A stretch of 64,000 nucleotides of DNA from Lama glama (taxonomy: Eukaryota): positions 15,936,001-16,000,000 of the forward strand of contig CM052816.1 in NCBI GenBank assembly GCA_028534125.1, read 5' to 3'. The notes below the pieces were generated by a model. The model ran no database searches. It was not told the origin of the DNA and saw only the letters and a list, made by a program, of their open reading frames with translations. Positions 60,060-64,000 of this stretch are shown piece after piece. Numbering within the stretch: position 1 is the first letter of the stretch; every line of letters begins with the position of its first letter. The translations under genes were made by a program, and so were the position numbers.

Positions 60060-60580
60060 CACCCAACACTGGTGGTCCCCTCAGACACCTCAAAACTCCC
60101 CTTCCAAGTGTCTATGGCTTTGCATGCACTATCCCCTCTGCCCAGAAGGGCCTTAATCAAGCTCACCTCATGAAATACTAAAGACCAAGAGCATGTATCA
60201 CTCCACTGGGAACCTTCTCTTCAACTCCCTCCCTCATTTTGGCCCATATCTACTAAGCCACCAAAATAGACTTTGTGCAAATTAGAAAAAGCTACCACAT
60301 TTTGGCAGATACTGTTACCCTCTTTTGACAGTAGGTCATGAGCTATCTTTCAGTCTTCCTAGCTCCCTTGGCCAGGTGCCTTTTTGTAGAGCATTGTACT
60401 CTTGCCTGGCTTTGGGGCCCCCTCTTCTGTCCCCTCCTATGGCCACAGTGACCACACTGCACAGAAATACTTTTTATTTGTCCATCTGTCTCCCTGTCCC
60501 CTCACTACCACCACCTACAAAAATTCTTTGCGGGTAAGGGAGAGTCTCCTACCTGCCTGAAGCCTAGGACTGAGTAGGTA
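60060..60580 (+). mobile_element. Degraded L2 fragment
   Basis: GGCTTTGCATGCACTATCCCCTCTGCCCAGAA, ATCACTCCACTGGGAACCTTCT, CTGTCTCCC. Confidence 0.55.
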
Positions 60581-62749
60581 CTGCAGTGATGATTGTAGCC
60601 ATCATCTTTGTGAGCACTTACTATGTGTCTGGCACCACACTAATTGCTTTCTGTGAATATGCTTATTAATCCTCAGACTCTGGTTGCTTAATGTTGCAAA
60701 GTAGCAAAACCAGGATTTAAATCTTTGCCTTGTCTGAGGGAATTTACCTTTTCCACAACTACCATTTATCAGTTAATGTCAGTCATTGATTAACATCCAA
60801 TGACTGGGAATGGCTGCATGGAGAGGAGTGGAGGAGTTAGGGTTTCCAATAAAGATGGCAAATCCAGAGTCTGGCCTAATGTCTGCCTTCTCCTGAGGCT
60901 GCAGTTCCACCACCTGTATCACAGAGAATGAGAGCCGAGGCATTTGGAGCCCTACCTCAGGGCAGGGTGCAGGATAGTCTTCAGTGGGGTCACATAGGTC
61001 TGTGAACTCAGCCTAAATCCCAGAGCAGGCCTAGGGGTGCAAACGTGGGCAGGGGAAGAGAGAAGCTTAATTGCCCTTATATGGGTCCAGGCCTTTGGGG
61101 TCTTAGCGCTCACATACTGACAATTGGTCCTTAGGTCCCACCCCTCCCCCCATGGCCTCTGAAGGGACAAGAAAACTCTGAAACTACGGGGAAATTTCAG
61201 AAAAGCCAGGTCTGTTTCTTAGGAGGCCAAGGTCTGCCCATCCCTAAGAAGTCATTTTTGTGGCCCAGCCTGGCCCTGAGCAGTATAAACAGGGGGGAGG
61301 GGAGGAGGGCATAAGGGGGACTCCAGTTCCAGAACAAAATGACTCTGGGGTGAGGTGGGAGGGAGCAGAGATGAGGCCAACACACACACTTAAACTTTGT
61401 ATTTCCCTTTGACCAGGCACAGCTATATACATGCCAGAGACAACCAGACAGCCCCATTCTTGGCCAGGCACAGGGAACTCAGCTCATATGTGGAGGGGGA
61501 AAGGGAGTGGGACAGCTTAGTGGGTGTCATGCCCCTGACATTAACTCTTGACTTCTCTAGACACAATCATGGTTCAAATGTCTCTCCTAGGGAAGTGGGA
61601 CTGTGTGCTCCCAGAGGCCAAAGCTGTGGCTCCAAGACCCCCAGGGTCAGGAAAAGGGAGGAGCCTGGAGATAACTGAATGGAGCTTTGGGGGAGGCGGT
61701 GCCACAGCATCCTAAACCGGGAGGCCCCAGACCCGGCCCAGAGGGACGGGAGCCCTGCCTGGCCTGAAAGTGCCCAAGACCTACAGGCTAGGGTGGAGGG
61801 ATACAGAGAAAACTTGCTGGAGGTGGAGGGGTGGGGCTCAGCCTCCCCTCCCTGATCTGGCCTCAGAAGGGAGAGCTGGGTCTTAAATGCCCCTCACAGA
61901 GACTTTAGAAAACAGGACCCAGCCTCTCTCCTCAGACCAGACCTCATCTACCAACCCCTACTATGCCTTCCTCTTCAGACTCCAGAGAATGGGGTGCTCA
62001 GGCAGTTGCCTCGGGGTAAGCCCAGGATGAACTGCTCTTTGAACTGGCGGGACTGGTTCTGTGTCTAGCCGCCTGGGTAGTCAGGGCAGTCACGGGTTGC
62101 TTGCCTTGCCGTGCCTGTGAGGAGGGAGGCCTCAGGAAGGGGCCTCTCGTAAATCGTTAACTCCCAGAGCAGCCTCTGCTGCTGGGTCCCCTCAGCCCCA
62201 CCCCCAGTCATGATCTGGCGCTTAGAAAGCCCACCCCAAGCCAGAAGTCAGAGGTTAGGGGTCAGAGCCAGAAGTCCCAGCACCTGGACTAATCCCTCCC
62301 CCAACTATCAGGAGGGAGGTGCAGGGGTGGGGGGTACAGTGGAGAGAGCCTCTGTGGGGAAGGCCCTTTTCTGTAAGTTCAGAGCTTCTCACCCTAATCT
62401 GCCCTCCAGCCTTACTACTGTAGCCCTGACCTTTGCCTATTAGGGGAGAGTCAGGAGCTAAAGGTGGGCCTCCTGGGGCAGCCCCTGGGCAAATCCCAAC
62501 CCTACCAGACCTTAATTCTCAGGGAGATTAACTATGCCAGTCCCACCCACTTCACCTCAAGGGGTGTCACCAGGACTAGATAATGAATGCGTTAAGGAAA
62601 ATTATTTGATATTGTTCACAATTAGGATAGGATCCTCAGCATTGTTCCAACCCTGCTTCTTGGTACTGGGGTCCTCCAAGTGAAATAATAAAGGTTGCCT
62701 TTCGGGAGTCATTGTACTAAACCCTTTACCAGCTACTAATCTATTTAGC

Positions 62750-62860
62750 AATCACATCATTTTGCAAATAAGGAAACTGAGGCTCTGAGAGGAGAAGTGA
62801 CTTACCCAGGCTGTGGCAGCTGTACAGGAGCAGGGCCAGGATTTGAACCAGTTTTGTGCT
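62750..62860 (-). mobile_element. MIR SINE
   Basis: ATTTTGCAAATAAGGAAACTGAGGCTCTGAGAG...GTGACTTACCCAGG...GGATTTGAACC. Confidence 0.8.
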
Positions 62861-64000
62861 CTCAAGCTGAATGAACCCTTGAAGGGTTCTCTGTCTCCTT
62901 CTCAAATTCCTAAGCTGCGTGTGAGGAGACACCCTAAAGGCAGAATAGGCTGGACAATCCCCCAAGTGTAACACTGTTGTGTAGGGGCTGACATGAGGCA
63001 AGTAAGGGAGAGTATGTAGGCAGGAGACTGGCAATGCCCCCACCACCTCTGTGAGCCCCTCCTCCAGGGAAGCTCCCCCTCAGGTCATGTAGCCCTTGGT
63101 GCTACCACAGGGGAAGCTTGGCTGCTGCTCCCTCCACCTCTCAGGAAGAATTCTCCTGCCCCAGACAGGCTAATGAGGGAAGATTGATGGTGCTACCACC
63201 CTTTTCGCTAGGGAGGCATCTCAGAAGCTGAGGCGATGGAGACAAAAAAAAAAAAAAATCAACTTTTAATCGAGATTGCAGATTCAGAAAAGATTCATAA
63301 GTGAAATGATTCCCCAAGGAAATATAAAAAGTTACTTACGGCACGGCTAAATTGAGCATGCTTCAATCAGAGGCTGTTGAGAAATCATTAAGATATACAA
63401 GACACTTTTTTAGATATATATGAGCTCTGGCCATTGCTCCAGTTAGAGAGAAGAGACCTGGCCCTGTGCTGGGTTGGACATCTGTGTCACCTCCTACCAC
63501 TCAGACCCATGGCTGGGGAAGGAGGGGAAAGTGGGGAGAAATTCTACCTGCCAAGCCCTAAGAGCCACTGCCCAAAGGTTGCCATTGCCCCTATGGGCCC
63601 AGAGGCTCTCTGGCAAGGGAGAGTGGAGCAGAGGGATTATGGTTAGACAGAACTTTTTATTGATTATTTATTCTCACTTTCCAACATCATAATGGCATGG
63701 CAGGACTAGAACTACCTACTTCCTTTGAAAAATTAAAGAGGGGATACTCCACTTCATATCCCCTCACCCCTTCCCCTATTGCTTAGGTTGGCCTGAGGAA
63801 GTGGGCACCCTACTTGAACACAGAAGGACCAGAATGCACTCTCAGATCTGTTTGAGGGCTTGGCCTTGGGGGAAGGGACAGGCCAGGGAACGTAGGGAAA
63901 TGAATCACCCTGGGGAGTTTTCACAGATGATAACTAGCTTTTGAGAGGACATTCGCCTCTCCCCATTGTAGCCACATCCATTTCTTTATTGGAAGGCTTA

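Noticed and set aside
60255..60320. Possible DNA-transposon fragment (TTGTGCAAATTAGAAAAAG)
   Set aside because: Resembles an old MER-type element, but I could not assign a family or terminal repeats.
1..64000. CRISPR arrays, tRNA/rRNA genes, intact transposase or reverse transcriptase ORFs
   Set aside because: None seen; the repeats present are simple tandem repeats or degraded non-autonomous fragments.

Overview
Eutherian mammal genomic DNA (GC-rich; only old repeats recognised: MIR, L2, MLT1, L1M) holding one protein-coding gene, CXXC5 (RINF/WID, CXXC-type zinc finger protein 5), on the minus strand. A non-coding first exon sits in a CpG island (~57020 to donor 56510), followed by a ~29 kb first intron. 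The main exon is 27343-26269 (ATG at 27183) and the last exon starts at 24739 (TGA 24695-24697, AATAAA 23724-23729), giving a 319-aa protein. The other listed ORFs look like GC-rich noise. A second, orphan CpG island is at the window start, and there is a 100-N assembly gap at 30033-30132. I found no new protein-coding system. The most interesting signals are regulatory: two separate triple-octamer (POU) arrays phased at exactly 11 bp; a perfect DR5 and a perfect DR2 retinoic-acid-type element around a retinoid-inducible gene; several micro-uORFs, one in frame with the CDS and separated from it by a single TGA; candidate alternative first exons; and a NAGNAG acceptor plus intron read-through option for the C-terminus. 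Repeat boundaries and subfamilies are by-eye estimates, and no motif is functionally confirmed.
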